64,000 bases of DNA. Source: Mobula hypostoma. Its lineage: Eukaryota. The stretch lies in NCBI RefSeq assembly GCF_963921235.1, contig NC_086097.1, forward strand, positions 141,796,001-141,860,000, written 5' to 3'. The number at the start of each line of letters is the position of its first letter. Position 1 is the first letter of the stretch. Below are positions 12,145-24,130 of this stretch, one piece after another. A model generated the notes under the pieces. That model ran no database searches, was not told the DNA's origin, and saw only the letters and a list, made by a program, of their open reading frames with translations. A program made the position numbers and the translations under genes.

Positions 12145-12431
12145 AAGGAAGAGTGAGTAAGAGATTTGAAAGTTGGAGGGGGAGGGGGAGATCCAAAATG
12201 ATAGGAGAAGACAGGAGGGGGAGGGATGGAGCCAAGAGCTGGACAGGTGATTGGCAAAAGGGATACGAGAGGATCATGGGACGGGAGGTCCGGGAAGAAA
12301 GACAAGGGGTGGGGGAACCCAGAGGATGGGCAAGGGGTATATTCAGAGGGACAGAGGGAGAAAAAGGAGAGTGAGAGAAAGAATGCGTATAAAAATAAGT
12401 AACAGATGGGATACGAGGGGGAGGTGGGGCA

Positions 12432-13550
12432 TTAGCGGAAGTTAGAGAAGTCGATGTTCATGCCATCAGGTTGGAGGCTACCCAGATGGAATATAAGGTG
12501 TTCCTCCAACCTGAGTGTGGCTTCATCTTTACAGTAGAGGAGGCCTTGGATAGACATATCAGAATGGGAATGGGACGTGGAATTAAAATGTGTGGCCACT
12601 GGGAGATCCTGCTTTCTCTGGCGGACAGAGCGTAGGTGTTCAGCAAAGCGGTCTCCCAGTCTGCGTCGGGTCTCGCCAATATATAAAAGGCCACATCGGG
12701 AGCGTCGGATGCAGTATATCACCCCAGCCGACTCACAGGTGAAGTGTTGCCTCACCTGGAAGGACTGTTTGGGGCCCTGAATGGTGGTAAGGGAGGAAGT
12801 GTAAGGGCATGTGTAGCACTTGTTCCGCTTACACGGATAAGTGCCAGGAGGGAGATCAGTGGGGAGGGATGGGGGGGGACGAATGGACAAGGGAGTCGCG
12901 TAGGGAGCGATCCCTGCGGAAAGCAGAGAGAGTGGGGGAGGGAAAGATGTGCTTAGTGGTGGGATCCCGTTGGAGGTGGCGGAAGCTACGGAGAATAATA
13001 TGTTGGACCCGGAGGCTGGTGGGGTGGTAGGTGAGGACCAGGGGAACCATTACTAGTGGGGTGGCGGGAGGATGGAGTGAGAACAGATGTATGTGAAATG
13101 GGGGAGATGTGTTTAAGAGCAGAGTTGATAGTGGAGGAAGGGAAGCCCCTTTCTTTAAAAAAAGAACATCTCCCTCGTCCTGGAATGAAAAACCTCATCC
13201 TGAGAGCAGATGCGGCGGAGACGGAGGGATTGTGAGAAGGGGATGGTGTTTTTGCAAGAGACAGGGTGAGAAGAGGAATAGTCCAGATAGCTGTGAGAGT
13301 CAGTAGGCTTATAGTAGACATCAGTGGATAAGCTGTCTCCAGAGACAGAGACAGAAAGATCTAGAAAGGGGAGGGAGGTGTCGGAAATGGACCAGGTAAA
13401 CTTGAGGGCAGGGTGAAAATTGGAGGCAAAGTTAATAAAGTCAACGAGCTCTGAATGCATGCAGGAAGCAGCGCCAATGCAGTCGTCAAGGTAGCGAAGG
13501 AAAAGTGGGGGACAGATACCAGAATAGGCACGGAACATAGATTGTTCCAC
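12432..13550 (-). pseudogene. Penelope RT C-terminus, Cys linker and GIY-YIG endonuclease (frameshifted)
   Basis: FLRYLDDCIG, LPFLDLSV, VYYKPTDSHSYLDYSSSHP (RT/thumb); CKRNKCYTC linker; GVIYCIR..LLYIGETRRRLGDRFAEH (GIY-YIG); split over three frames. Confidence 0.9.
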
Positions 13551-14382
13551 TATGCTTAACTATGTCTAGGTTTACGCTAAGTGTAACACCCTTATAAGCT
13601 CTTTTAGGCTTTTCCGACACTACGACTGCTCACAGGCATGTGTTTAAGCAATGCCGTTCTGAATCTGGGGGAGGAGCGGCTGCTTGGGGCGCATGCTGCT
13701 TTTTATCGCGTGCTGATTTTTTTTCGTAACAGTGAAAACACCTGAAAGTGAAAACAGGGTACTAATGTAGGTCTTTCATAACAGTGAGGTTTCGTAAAGT
13801 GAACATTGGAAAAGCAGGGGACACCTGTAAAGAGTTAAAGTTGCATTCACTGTAGTACGTGGTGTCTTTGCATCGGGTAGATCGAAAGAAGTTTACGACA
13901 CCTGGAAAAGTTAGGGTAACACAGTTTGAACATTGTAGGCCTGAACTTCAGTAGGGCATGGGTTTCTTGTTTCGTTTGTGGTTTCCTGTTGGGGAATACC
14001 TGGATTGACCTATTTACAGTCCTCTACACCCTTACTGAACTGTGATACCTCATTATGTTTGAATGTCGAATACTTTCTGTACTGGTTCCTTGTGTTTTAT
14101 TTATTTTTCTGTTTGTATGGAGGACAAAGCAGTACAACCTGATGATCTGATCTAACAAAGTGAGGGCAGGGATGGATCAGGGGGCATCTTTAGTTGTGTA
14201 ACAACGGTCAGTGCTTTTTGGATCTCTGGTGGGATGGGAAATGTGGAGCACACTTCTGAAGTTGGTTGGCTATGATGAATAGTGCCACAGGATGTATTAT
14301 TTAAAGCTGTGGATCACAGAGTATAGCTCACTCAGTGCAGCCTTCATGTACACTTGTGGTGGGATGTAGGCAACTGATAGCT

Positions 14383-14558
14383 TGTAGCGATGTGCTACAA
14401 GCTGAGCTAGAAATAACGACATGCAGTCTGTAAGTTGCACCCGAGAATAGTTTATTCAAACTCCGCAGCACTGGCTTTTACGCGGTTCCATTACAAAAGT
14501 CTCTTCCCACGCGTTATTTTGTGAGCCTGTTCGCCTGCATAGAAAGTGAGTCGCCACA
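14383..14558 (-). mobile_element. Short solo LTR (Gypsy-like)
   Basis: TGTAGCGA...TCGCCACA inverted termini, perfect 4-bp TSD AGCT (14379-14382, 14559-14562), AATAAA on the minus strand. Confidence 0.85.
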
Positions 14559-15164
14559 AGCTAGTGAATTCCTGTGGCATGTGGTATCAGTGACACTTCA
14601 CTGTTAGATAATCCAAGTCTGGTGAGCAGGAACTCATCAGGACTGTTGTATGTGAGCACTACCAGGATTTGATCCACCGCTCACTTTTCTGGAGGACACC
14701 ATACAGTCCCTCCAGTGAATTGAGAAAAGTATATGGCACAAGCAGTGAATTTTTTTCAAATTTGAAGTTTTCATTCCCCCCCTCCTCCCAATTTCTGTTT
14801 ACTGAATACCACTTTTCATTGTTAACGTTGTTTTATAAGGTTTAGTGTGGTCTGGTACTGTTAGATTTATCTGGATTGTAAGGTCTGCTCAGTGGACAAG
14901 TAAGATTGTTCTTTAATTACCAGAAAACTTGTCTGCAAGTACCTTAGACAAGAGCGTGCCTGTTGGGTTCCTCACAATTATGAAAATTACTTCACTGTAA
15001 ATTGCACACTGAAGCCAGGTTTGCAACATTGCAGTGTCATTAAATGCACATGAATCAGAATTGGGTTTATTATCACTGGCACATGTAAAGTTTGTTGTTT
15101 TGTGACAGCAATACATTGTAGTACATGGTAATAAACAACTATAAATTACATTAAGTGTATGTTT

Positions 15165-15166
<2 letters not shown>

Positions 15167-15195
<29 letters not shown>
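15167..15195. repeat. (CA)n microsatellite
   Basis: Read directly. Confidence 0.9.
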
Positions 15196-15196
<1 letters not shown>

Positions 15197-16753
15197 TCTC
15201 TCTTGTGAACCCTTTAGAATTTTCTCTTTCTGCATAAATATGACCTAAAATATGATCAGATTTCATTTGTCTTAAAACGAGATAAAGAACCTAATTAAAT
15301 AAATAACACAAACATTATACTTTTTCATTTATTTATTGAGAAAAGTGATAGAATATTGTCGTTGTCGGAAAAAGTATTTGAACCTTTGCTTTCAGTAACT
15401 GGTGTTATCCCCTTGTACAGCAATAACTTTAACCAAATGTTTCTGGTAACTGTTGATCAGACCTGCGCATTGGCTTGGAGGAATTTTAGGCCATTCCTCC
15501 CTACAAAACTGCTTCAACTTGGGATGTTCGTGGGCTTCCTTGCATGAACTGCTTGCTTCAGGTCTTTGTATGACATTTCTAGACTCACGCGTTCCAAGAT
15601 GTGAAATTTCTTCTGCTTTAACCATTCTTTGCTAAACTGACTTGTGTGTTTAGGGTTGTTGGCTTGCTGTATGACCCACTTTCTCTCGAGCTTCAGTTCA
15701 GGGACGAATACCCTGAAATTTTCCTGTAGAATTTGCTGGTATTCAGAATTCATAGTTCAATCAATGATGACGAACTGCTTTGGTCCCAGGGCAGCAAAGC
15801 AGGCTCAAACCGTGACACTGCCTCCACCATGTTTCACAGATGGGATGAGGTGCTTGTGCTGGAATGCAGTGTTTGCTTTACACCAAACATACTGCTTCTC
15901 ATTTAAGCTAATGTTCTTTAGAGGGACTCGTCTGTCGACAGAATATTGTTCCAATATTCTTCTGGCTTATCCATGTGGTCCTTAAGCAAACTTCAGATGG
16001 GCAGCAATGTTCTTCTTGCAGTGTAGTGGCTTTCTCCTTGCATTCCTGCCATGCATACCATTGTTCAGTGTTTGCCTGATGGTAGACTCAAGAACACTGA
16101 CATTAGCCAATGCAAGGGAGGCCTATAGCTCCTTAGATGTTACCCTGGGGTTCTTTGTGACCTCCTGGAATATTACACACCATGTTTTTGGAGTGATTTT
16201 TTTTTTGTTGGCCAACCACTTCTGGAGAGAGTAACAGTGGTGTTGAATTTCCTCTATTTGACACTATATGCCTGACTGTGGACTGGTGGAACCGAAACTC
16301 TTTAGAAATGGTTTTGTGTCTTTTTCCAGCCTGGTAAGTATCAACAACTTTTATATCTGCGTCCTCAGAAATCTCCTTTGATTGAGGCATGGCACACTTC
16401 CAAAATCGTGAAGATCAGACTTTGATAGTGAAGACTCAGATTTATGTTCTTCAAATACGGCAGGGTCTCCCACATTCACACCTGATTGTCATCCCATCAA
16501 TTGAAACACTTGACTCTAATTTCCCCTTTAAATGAACTGATAATCCCAGAGGTTCACATACTTTTTCCAGCAAATACTTGTAATATTGGGTCATTTTTCT
16601 CAATAAATGAAGAACAAGTATAATGTTTTATTGTGATATTTAATTGGGTTCTCTTTATCTAGTTTTAGGACTTGCATGAAGATCTGATCACCTTTTGAGC
16701 CATATTTATGCAGAAATAGAGAAAATTCTAAAGGGGACTTTCTAGCACCACTG
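15196..16753 (-). mobile_element. Tc1 IR/DR-type transposon, decayed
   Basis: About 200-bp TIRs; MPQSKEISED..KVVDTYQAGKRHKTISKEF, MNSEYQQILQEN..QQANNPKHTS, LKQFCREEWPKIP; right end cactg-TA; left tip eroded by the microsatellite. Confidence 0.9.
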
Positions 16754-16759
16754 TATACA

Positions 16760-17320
16760 TACATGCTCCTGTACCGCCACCTTGATGGTAGCAGTGAAAA
16801 GAAGGCATTGTGTTGGATGATGGGGGCCCTTAATGATGGATGCTGTCTTTTTTTTTTGAGGCTTTGCCATTTTAAGGTGTCTTTGATGCTGCTGGAGGCT
16901 AGTGCCCATGATGAAGATGGCTGAGTTTACAACTTTCTGCAGCTTTTTCCAATCCTTTGCAGTGACCCTTCTATACCAGATGGTGACACACAAATTAGAC
17001 GCAAAATGCTGGAGGAACTCAGTAGGTCAGGCAGCATCTATGGAAGAGTATAGTCGACATTTTGGGCCTAGACCCTTTAGGATGGAGCTGCTGAAGTTCC
17101 CAGCTTGAAACGTCGACTGTTTACTCTTTTGCATGGAAGCTGCCCACCCTGATGAGTTCCTCCAGCATTTTGTGTGTGAGTTGCTTGAATTTCCAGCATC
17201 TGCAGATTTTCTCTTGTTTGTGATTTGATGCAACTGGTTAGAATGTTCTCCATTGTACCTCTGTAGAAATTGTGAGTTTTTAATGCCATAGCAAATCTTC
17301 TCAAACTCCTAATGAATTAT
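16760..17320 (-). mobile_element. Rex1/Babar fragment carrying an inverted pair of Penelope termini (16987-17220)
   Basis: NFYRGTMENILTSCI and WYRRVTAKDWKKLQKVVNSA flank two oppositely oriented Penelope terminal fragments. Confidence 0.75.
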
Positions 17321-17743
17321 TTTGTGCACAAGAAAGTCAGTAATGCTGTAAGCTATAGGTTAATTTATTTTTTGAGGAAATCACAGTTGGTCAGGTAGGC
17401 TTTGGGCCCTTCATGCAATTGAAGAGCCTTCAACAGTCTTGTTTGCCTACAGAACATTAGGTATTTGCTTTAAAACACCAAATTATAACACTACCTCTGT
17501 AACTCAGTTTTAAATGAATCTTCCCTTGTGTCCGTCTCCCATTAGTTGAAATATTTTAATATCTATACTCTCACGTGCCCTTATGATTTTGTGTTTTATT
17601 AAGATCACCCCTCATTTTTCCAAACTCAAACTTGTTCATCTGTTCGTGTTCATGGCCGGACAGCTATACCTTTCCAGCAGTTAAATTATTAAACCTTATG
17701 GATAGCTTCCTACGCTACTTAATCTTGAAGAGGACCAAAACTA

Positions 17744-19309
17744 CAGCTGCAAGAAAAAGTTTGTGAACCCTTTGCAGTTATGTAGTTTTCTGCATTAATT
17801 ACTCATAAAATGTGGTCTGATCTTCATCTAAGGCACAATAATAGAAAAACGTAATCTGCCTAAACTAATAACGTAAAGACTTTTCATGTCTTTTTGAACA
17901 CATTGTTTGATCATTCACAGTCCAGGCTGGAAAAAGTATGTGAAACCTTGTATTTAATAACTTGTAGAACCTCCTTTAGCAGCAATAACCTCCATCAAAT
18001 GTTTCCTGTGGCTGCTGATCAGACTTGCACAGTAGCAAGGAGGAACTTTAGACCATTCCACCATATAAAGCTATTTCAGTTCATCAATATTTCTGGGATT
18101 CCTTGCATGACCACTCCTCTTCAGGTTATGCCACAACATCTCAATTGGGTTAAGGTCAGGACTCTGACTTGGCCATTCCAAAACACAAATTTTCTTCTTT
18201 TTAAACTATTCTGTTGTTGGTTTACTCTTGTTTCAGATTATTGTCTTGTTGCATCATCCAACTTCTATTAAGCTTCAGATGATTGTCTTGTAAAATGTCT
18301 TGATACAATTTGGAATTCATTGTTCCCTCAATGGTTGCAAGCTGTCAAGGCACTGAGGCAGCAAAGCAGCCCTAAGCCATGATGTTCCTTTCACCATGTT
18401 TCACAGGTGGAATGAGGTTTTGGTGTTGGTGTGCAGTGCCCTTTTTCCTCCAAACAAAGCAGCGTGCATTTCTGCCAGAAAGTTCTTTCTTTTGTCTCAT
18501 CTGTCCACATAACATTGTCCCAGAAGCATTGTGGAGCATCCAGGTGGTCTTTTGCAAATTTGAGATGTGCAGCAATGTGTTTTTTTTTGAATAGTATCCT
18601 CTGTGGTGTCCTTCCATGAACACCATTTTTGTTCAATGTTTTCTTTATAATGGACGCATGAACAGAGACTTCAGCAATTTTGAGAGATTTCTGCAGGTCT
18701 TTTGCTGTTTCCCTTTGGTTCTTTTTCATCTCCTTCAGCATTGTGCTTTCGGTGTGATCTTTGCAGGACACCCACTGCTAGAGAGTGTAGCAACAGTACT
18801 GAATTTCCTCCATCTGTCGACAGTTTTTCTTGCTGTGGATTGATGAACGTTCAGGTCTTTAAAATGCTTTTGAAGCTTTTTGCAGCTTCATGCATCTCTA
18901 CAATTCTAAGGTCCTCTGAATGTTGTTTTGATCAAGGCATGGCACACATGAACAGATCTTGAGAAGAGCAGGCTCTGTCAGTAACCTAAACTGTGTGTCT
19001 TTTTCGTAGATAGGGTAGGGCATTTCTGCAACCCACACCTCCAATCTCATTTCATTGATTGGGGCACCTGATTCCAAATAGCTTTTGTAGAAGGCATTAC
19101 CCCAGAAGTTAACGTACTTTTTTGAACCTAAACTGTGATTGTTTAAATGGTGTACTCTGTATTAATGAGAAGTACAATTATTTGTGTTATTAGTTTAGGC
19201 AGATTGTATTTGTCCGTTGTGACTTAGATGAAGATCGGACCACACTTTGAGTAATTAATGCAGAAAACCAGTTAATTGTAAAGAGTTCACAAACTCCTTT
19301 TTGCAACTG
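17744..19309 (-). mobile_element. Tc1 IR/DR-type transposon (second family), in a CR1 remnant
   Basis: TA-cagctgcaagaaaaagtttgtgaac ... gttcacaaactcctttttgcaactg-TA; HLKFAKDHLDAPQCFWDNVMWTDETK, PVKHGERNIM. Confidence 0.92.
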
Positions 19310-19474
19310 TATACAGTTACTCCAGGTACAGCCTCACCAACATCCTCTAGAATTGTTTTATAATTTCCTTAATTGTAAACAAAATTACTTGTAAGAAAAG
19401 CCAATGTCCCATGTATCTTCCTAAATATTTGCTGCATCTGCATGGTAATTTGTGTGTCTTATATAGAAACATTG

Positions 19475-19769
19475 ATGTTATGAACAGAGCAAACACAAAA
19501 AAGAGAAATAATTTATGGGATCATGAAAAGGCAACGTAACTTTATTGGACATGTGATTAGGAAAGAGGAGTTAGAATGCATGGTAATTATGGGAAAGATT
19601 GAAGGGAAGAAAGCAAGAGGAAGACAGAGACAAATGATGATGGAGACAGCAGCCAGAGAATTGGAAATGAATATCAATGAATTGATCCACTTGACCCGAA
19701 ACAGGAGTGTGTGGGCCATAGCAGTCAAAGCTCAAACTGGGCATGGCACCTGATGATGATGATGATGAT
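19475..19769 (+). mobile_element. RTE-clade LINE 3' end with (TGA)n tail
   Basis: MKRQRNFIGHVIRKEELECMVIMGKIEGKKARGRQRQ is a typical RTE/RTEX C-terminus; a second shorter copy lies at 19841-19965. Confidence 0.8.
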
Positions 19770-21001
19770 TCCTTTTCACCTGCATCATGTCATTGTGACC
19801 CAGCCAATGACCAAGGCTTTTACTAAATACAGAGGTGTTGAGACATGGAGACAGCAGCCAGAGAACTGGAAATGAATACCAATGAATTGCTCCACTTGAC
19901 CTGAAACAGGAGTGTGTGGGCCATGGCAGTCAAAGCTCAAACTGGGCATGGCACATGATGATGATATAGAAACACCATCCAGATACATCTGCACTTAATT
20001 GTAATCTTCCTTTTAGATAATAGACTGCCCTTTGTTTCCTCCTGAGGTGCATGGCTTTAGACTTCCATGAGCTGCATGCTATTTGTGTCAATGTGCATTT
20101 GGCTGTGGCCTCAACTAAGCATCTGAAGCTGGTTCTTGATTCATGAGGTACAATGGAGCAAAGAACCTTTCTACCAAAAATTCAACAACTCCTTTCAAAT
20201 TTAATTTGATAGTATGTAAAGCGTACAGAGTTGAATACTGTCAAATTTGATATATATAGACATTAAGTGAAATTTATCCAGATGATTATAAAATATATTC
20301 CCATGTATTGAAGTTAAGATGCATTTTAACTAGGTTTGGAAAAAAATTGCAGTGAATGGAATCGAAGCTGCTGCAGGCTGGTTAAAATTGATGTGGGTCC
20401 GGCGCTGAAATTTCGCAGCGGTCCAGATGACAATGGCTTTGGGTTCTGGAGTGCAGTGTTTGTACAAATGACCCTCAGTTGATTGATTTGATGTATCCCA
20501 CAAAAAGGTGTGCATTCCTTGCCTGTGGTGTTCAATAAATTTATAATTATTACATATTTTCTATTCTCTGCGTTGTCTGCCCCAGCCTTCACAGATGAAG
20601 GTTTAACATGTGCAGTTTGACTATAGATACTTATGAAAAATTTGCATGCTTTCCCTTTTACTATTATTTTGGCCAAATTTGAGAAATTCTCATCAGAAAC
20701 ATTGACTGGTTTTCAACTAATTTAGTTTTGACACAAGCATTGTTTCTTTACCACATTTGAAGCAGAACAAGGAAGGGAAATGTGTCCAATATGTTCAAAC
20801 TTTCACATTTTAAACAGTAAGAAGTAGTAGAAGTTAATTTACAAAGTTATTAAATGCATTTGTTTTGAAACAGTTGTACTACTTGACCTTAATAAAGAGA
20901 TGCACTGAACAATGCTTGCTTGCAAATAGGCAGTACAGTGGTTTTTTTGGCAAAAAGTTGTTTATTTTGATTACTTTTGTCATCAGACTGTTTAAAAATT
21001 C

Positions 21002-21343
21002 TTTCTTTTTAAATCTTTTTATTGAATAAGTATGCAAAGGGTAAACCATAAAGGCACTAATACACTGTTAGAAATTACAGAAGATATTAATACAGAAGAA
21101 AAAATTGATACAAACAGTGCAATTTAAACATAAAATAATATGGTAAAATAATAGTATACTAATTTTTATTTTTATATATTATATATGTATATATGTGTGT
21201 ATATGTATGTGTATATATGTATATGATTTTGAGTTCTTTAACTCTACCTGTTTCCAAGTTAGCCCATTGCTTTGCTTTTAGTTTAGTTGCACGGTGGATC
21301 TTTTTGGGTTTTTTTTTCCTTTTCTCTATTGATATATACATAC

Positions 21344-21389
<46 letters not shown>

Positions 21390-22612
21390 ATATATGTGTA
21401 TATATATATGTGTGTGTATATGTGTGTGTGTATACTATATATCAATAGAGAAAAGGAAAACCCCCCCAAAAAAAGACCCCCCAAAAAAATCCACCGTGCA
21501 ACTAAACTAAAAGCAAAGCAAAACAATGGGCTAACCTGGAAACAGGTAGAGTTAAAGAACTTAAAATCACGTCCTCAAACCCGACCTCCATTAAAAACAG
21601 TTTAAAAAAAAAGGCAAGAAGGGAATATAAATATGGAACAAAAGAGAAAAAAAATTACATTAAATGAAAATATTGAATAAAAAATCTCCAGGTCTGTTCA
21701 AATTTAAGTGAGGAATCATAAAGATTACTCCTAATTTTCTCCAAATTTAAGCATAATATCGTCTGGCAAAACCAAAAAAAGGTAGTTGGAGCATTAGGCT
21801 CTTTCCAATGTTGTAAGATACATCTTTTCGCCATTAAAGTAAGAAATGCAATCATTCTACGGGCTGAAGGGGAAAGATTACTGGAAATTTTAGGTAATCC
21901 AAAGATAGCAGTAATAGGATGAGGAGAGATATCTATATTCAATACCTTTGAGATAATATTAAAAATGTCTCTCCAAAAAGTTTCCAGAGTAGGACAAGAC
22001 CAAAACATATGAGTTAAAGAGGCTATCTGCCCCGGACATCTATCACAAAAAGGATTAATATGAGAATAAAAGCGAGCTAATTTATCTTTGGACATATGAG
22101 CTCTATGAACAAATTTAAATTGAATTAGGGAATGTTTAGCACAGATAGAGGAAGTATTGACTAATTGTAAAATCTGCCCCCAGTCATCCACGGAAATAAT
22201 AGAACCCAATTCTTGTTCCCAATCTGACCTAATCTTATCAAATGGAGCTTTCCTAAGTTTCATAATAATATTATAAATAATAGCCGTTGCACCTTTCTGA
22301 TATGGATTAAGGTTAATTATAATATCTAAAATATATGTAGGAGGGAGCATTGGAAAGGAAGAAAGTATAGTACTTCGGAAATTTCTAACTTGAAGATATC
22401 TAAAGAAGTGTATTCTTGGTAAACTATATTTATTAGATAATTGTTCAAAAGAAATAAGGGAACCATCTAAAAATAAATCCAAAAACAGTGAAATACCCTT
22501 AGTCTTCCAAATTTGAAACGCACGATCCGTGAAAGAGGGAGGAAAAAATGTTACCTAAAATAGGGATCACTAGCCCAAATTGGTTGAGATCAAAACATTT
22601 TCTGAATTGAAA
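21002..22612 (-). mobile_element. L1-clade LINE, 5'-truncated
   Basis: 18-bp TSD cagactgtttaaaaattc (20984-21001, 22613-22630); ORF2 C-terminus CDRCPGQIASLTHMFWSC; AATAAA and A-rich tail. Confidence 0.93.
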
Positions 22613-24130
22613 CAGACTGTTTAAAAATTCCATAGTTTCTGGAGTGGGGAGTATTCTGAACTGTTGTTGAACAGGACAAAGGAAGTGGTTATGCGTTTAA
22701 TAAAGTAGTTGGAGCTCCCTGTATTTAAGACTAAAATGCAGCACCTGCACATGAAATTATTTGAGAAATTTATAATTATTTTCAGAAACTAGTATTGAAT
22801 AAAGAAATTGTCTTCTAATTTACAGTAAATAAACATTTTTTTCCCATTTGACAGTCCTATGAGCAAGTTATCTGTTGGTCTTGGTGGCAGCAATTAGCTG
22901 TTCAGACTGACTTTGGGCAGCTGTTTTCTGCTTCTATTGAAGTTCAAATATTGGTGACATTCAGTGATCGTATTAAGCCTGCTTGTATTTCATCGGCTGT
23001 TTTGAAAGTTTTTCTTTTCAGTTGAAGATTTTTCTTACGGTTTTCATTTTTTTTTCAGTGTGAAGATATCTAAGCTATAACTTGTTTTTCATTGAGAACC
23101 TACTTCATTTTAGAACATTGTCTTCTGTTATAGGCAGCTTTTAATCAAGTTTTCTTTGTCAGATAGTTGCTGTGCCTTCAGTCCCATTTGTTTAGTTGAA
23201 GCAATTGAAAGAATAAAAGGAAGCAGGGATGTGTTCAACGCTGACTAGAAACAAGTCTTTAAATGGTTTTAGCAGATAATGTAATATTACTTTAGTCTTT
23301 GATTAATAACAAACTAAGTGTATAAAGTGCCTGCAACTGAAGCAGGGTTTGGTTGCAAATGCCCTCCAAAAAAAAATTGCATTGTTAGTAAGCTTATTGG
23401 CTGTCAGTAGTCTTTTTGAATGTCAGTAAAAGTCTCATCTACAAACACTGAAAAAGTATTCCAAAACAAACTGTAATGCTGTTATTTTTTATAAAGTACT
23501 ATTTCATTTATAACAGCATAATGCAGATTGCATTAATTCATAACTTGGTCTGCTTCCTACCATTGAAATCTGTTGCTGAACTTTTTCCATGTCCAAGTAA
23601 AGAAATAAGTCCAAGTAAGAAATGAATGCCAAGAGAAGCAATATTTAACTGTGATCAAAAACTTAGCCAGAATGATGGGGTTTAAAAAGATATACATTTG
23701 GAGCTGAGTGAGCAAGCTTCAGAAATAAATTGAATTGTGGTACATGTGGTAGAGGTATAGATATATGCCCATGGTTTCACACAACTATTAAAAAGAATAT
23801 ATATGTAATAAAGAGGTTGCTAGTGTTGCATTGTTCCATGTGTAGACATGCTGGTGGGCAGTTACATTACTTTGATTGAAAATGGCTAACTGTACATGTG
23901 CTAGTGATGTATGCTATAATTTGATAGCCCCATAGTTTATGATTTCTGCTTCAGTTTTGTACCTTCTGAGGGGACTGCTGAGATGATTGTTGGCTTGCAA
24001 GCTGCACCACATGGGTTGAAATTCATCAGTGACAATCTAAATAAACGTTCTTTTCTCCATTTTGATAGGTAGTATGTTAGATTCCTAGTAGTCTTGGGAT
24101 GTTGTACTTTATCAAGGGGGTTTTGACAAG

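Larger units (their letters stand above)
12043..13551 (-). mobile_element. Penelope-like retroelement (Neptune-like), 5'-truncated
   Basis: 14-bp TSD atgcttaactatgt at 12029-12042 and 13552-13565; RT and GIY-YIG coding remnants; hammerhead near the 3' terminus. Confidence 0.93.
10746..13827 (-). mobile_element. Tigger/pogo-like DNA transposon, internally deleted
   Basis: TA-flanked imperfect TIRs caggtttcccccgc / gcaggggacacctg; encodes Tigger-like C-terminus EVDKDDVEEVLASHNQELTDEELMQLE; second copy at 33556-34888. Confidence 0.85.
10227..13900 (+). mobile_element. Solo LTR (10227-10745 + 13830-13900) split by a Tigger-like element, inserted in a minus-strand Rex1 remnant
   Basis: TGT...ACA termini; 4-bp flanks ccta/cctg; TATA-like tataaaaa near 10652; flanks rejoin into Rex1-like IQVFPNRKP..AIKDAKRQY sequence. 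Confidence 0.65.

Noticed and set aside
11483..12277. 264-aa ORF as a novel gene
   Set aside because: Chimera of Penelope non-coding terminus read into the deleted Tigger C-terminus and the palindrome arm; it crosses an insertion junction.
21655..22482. 275-aa ORF (also 27640-28290 and 46492-47112) as host genes
   Set aside because: All are L1 ORF2 C-terminal remnants inside TSD-bounded truncated insertions.
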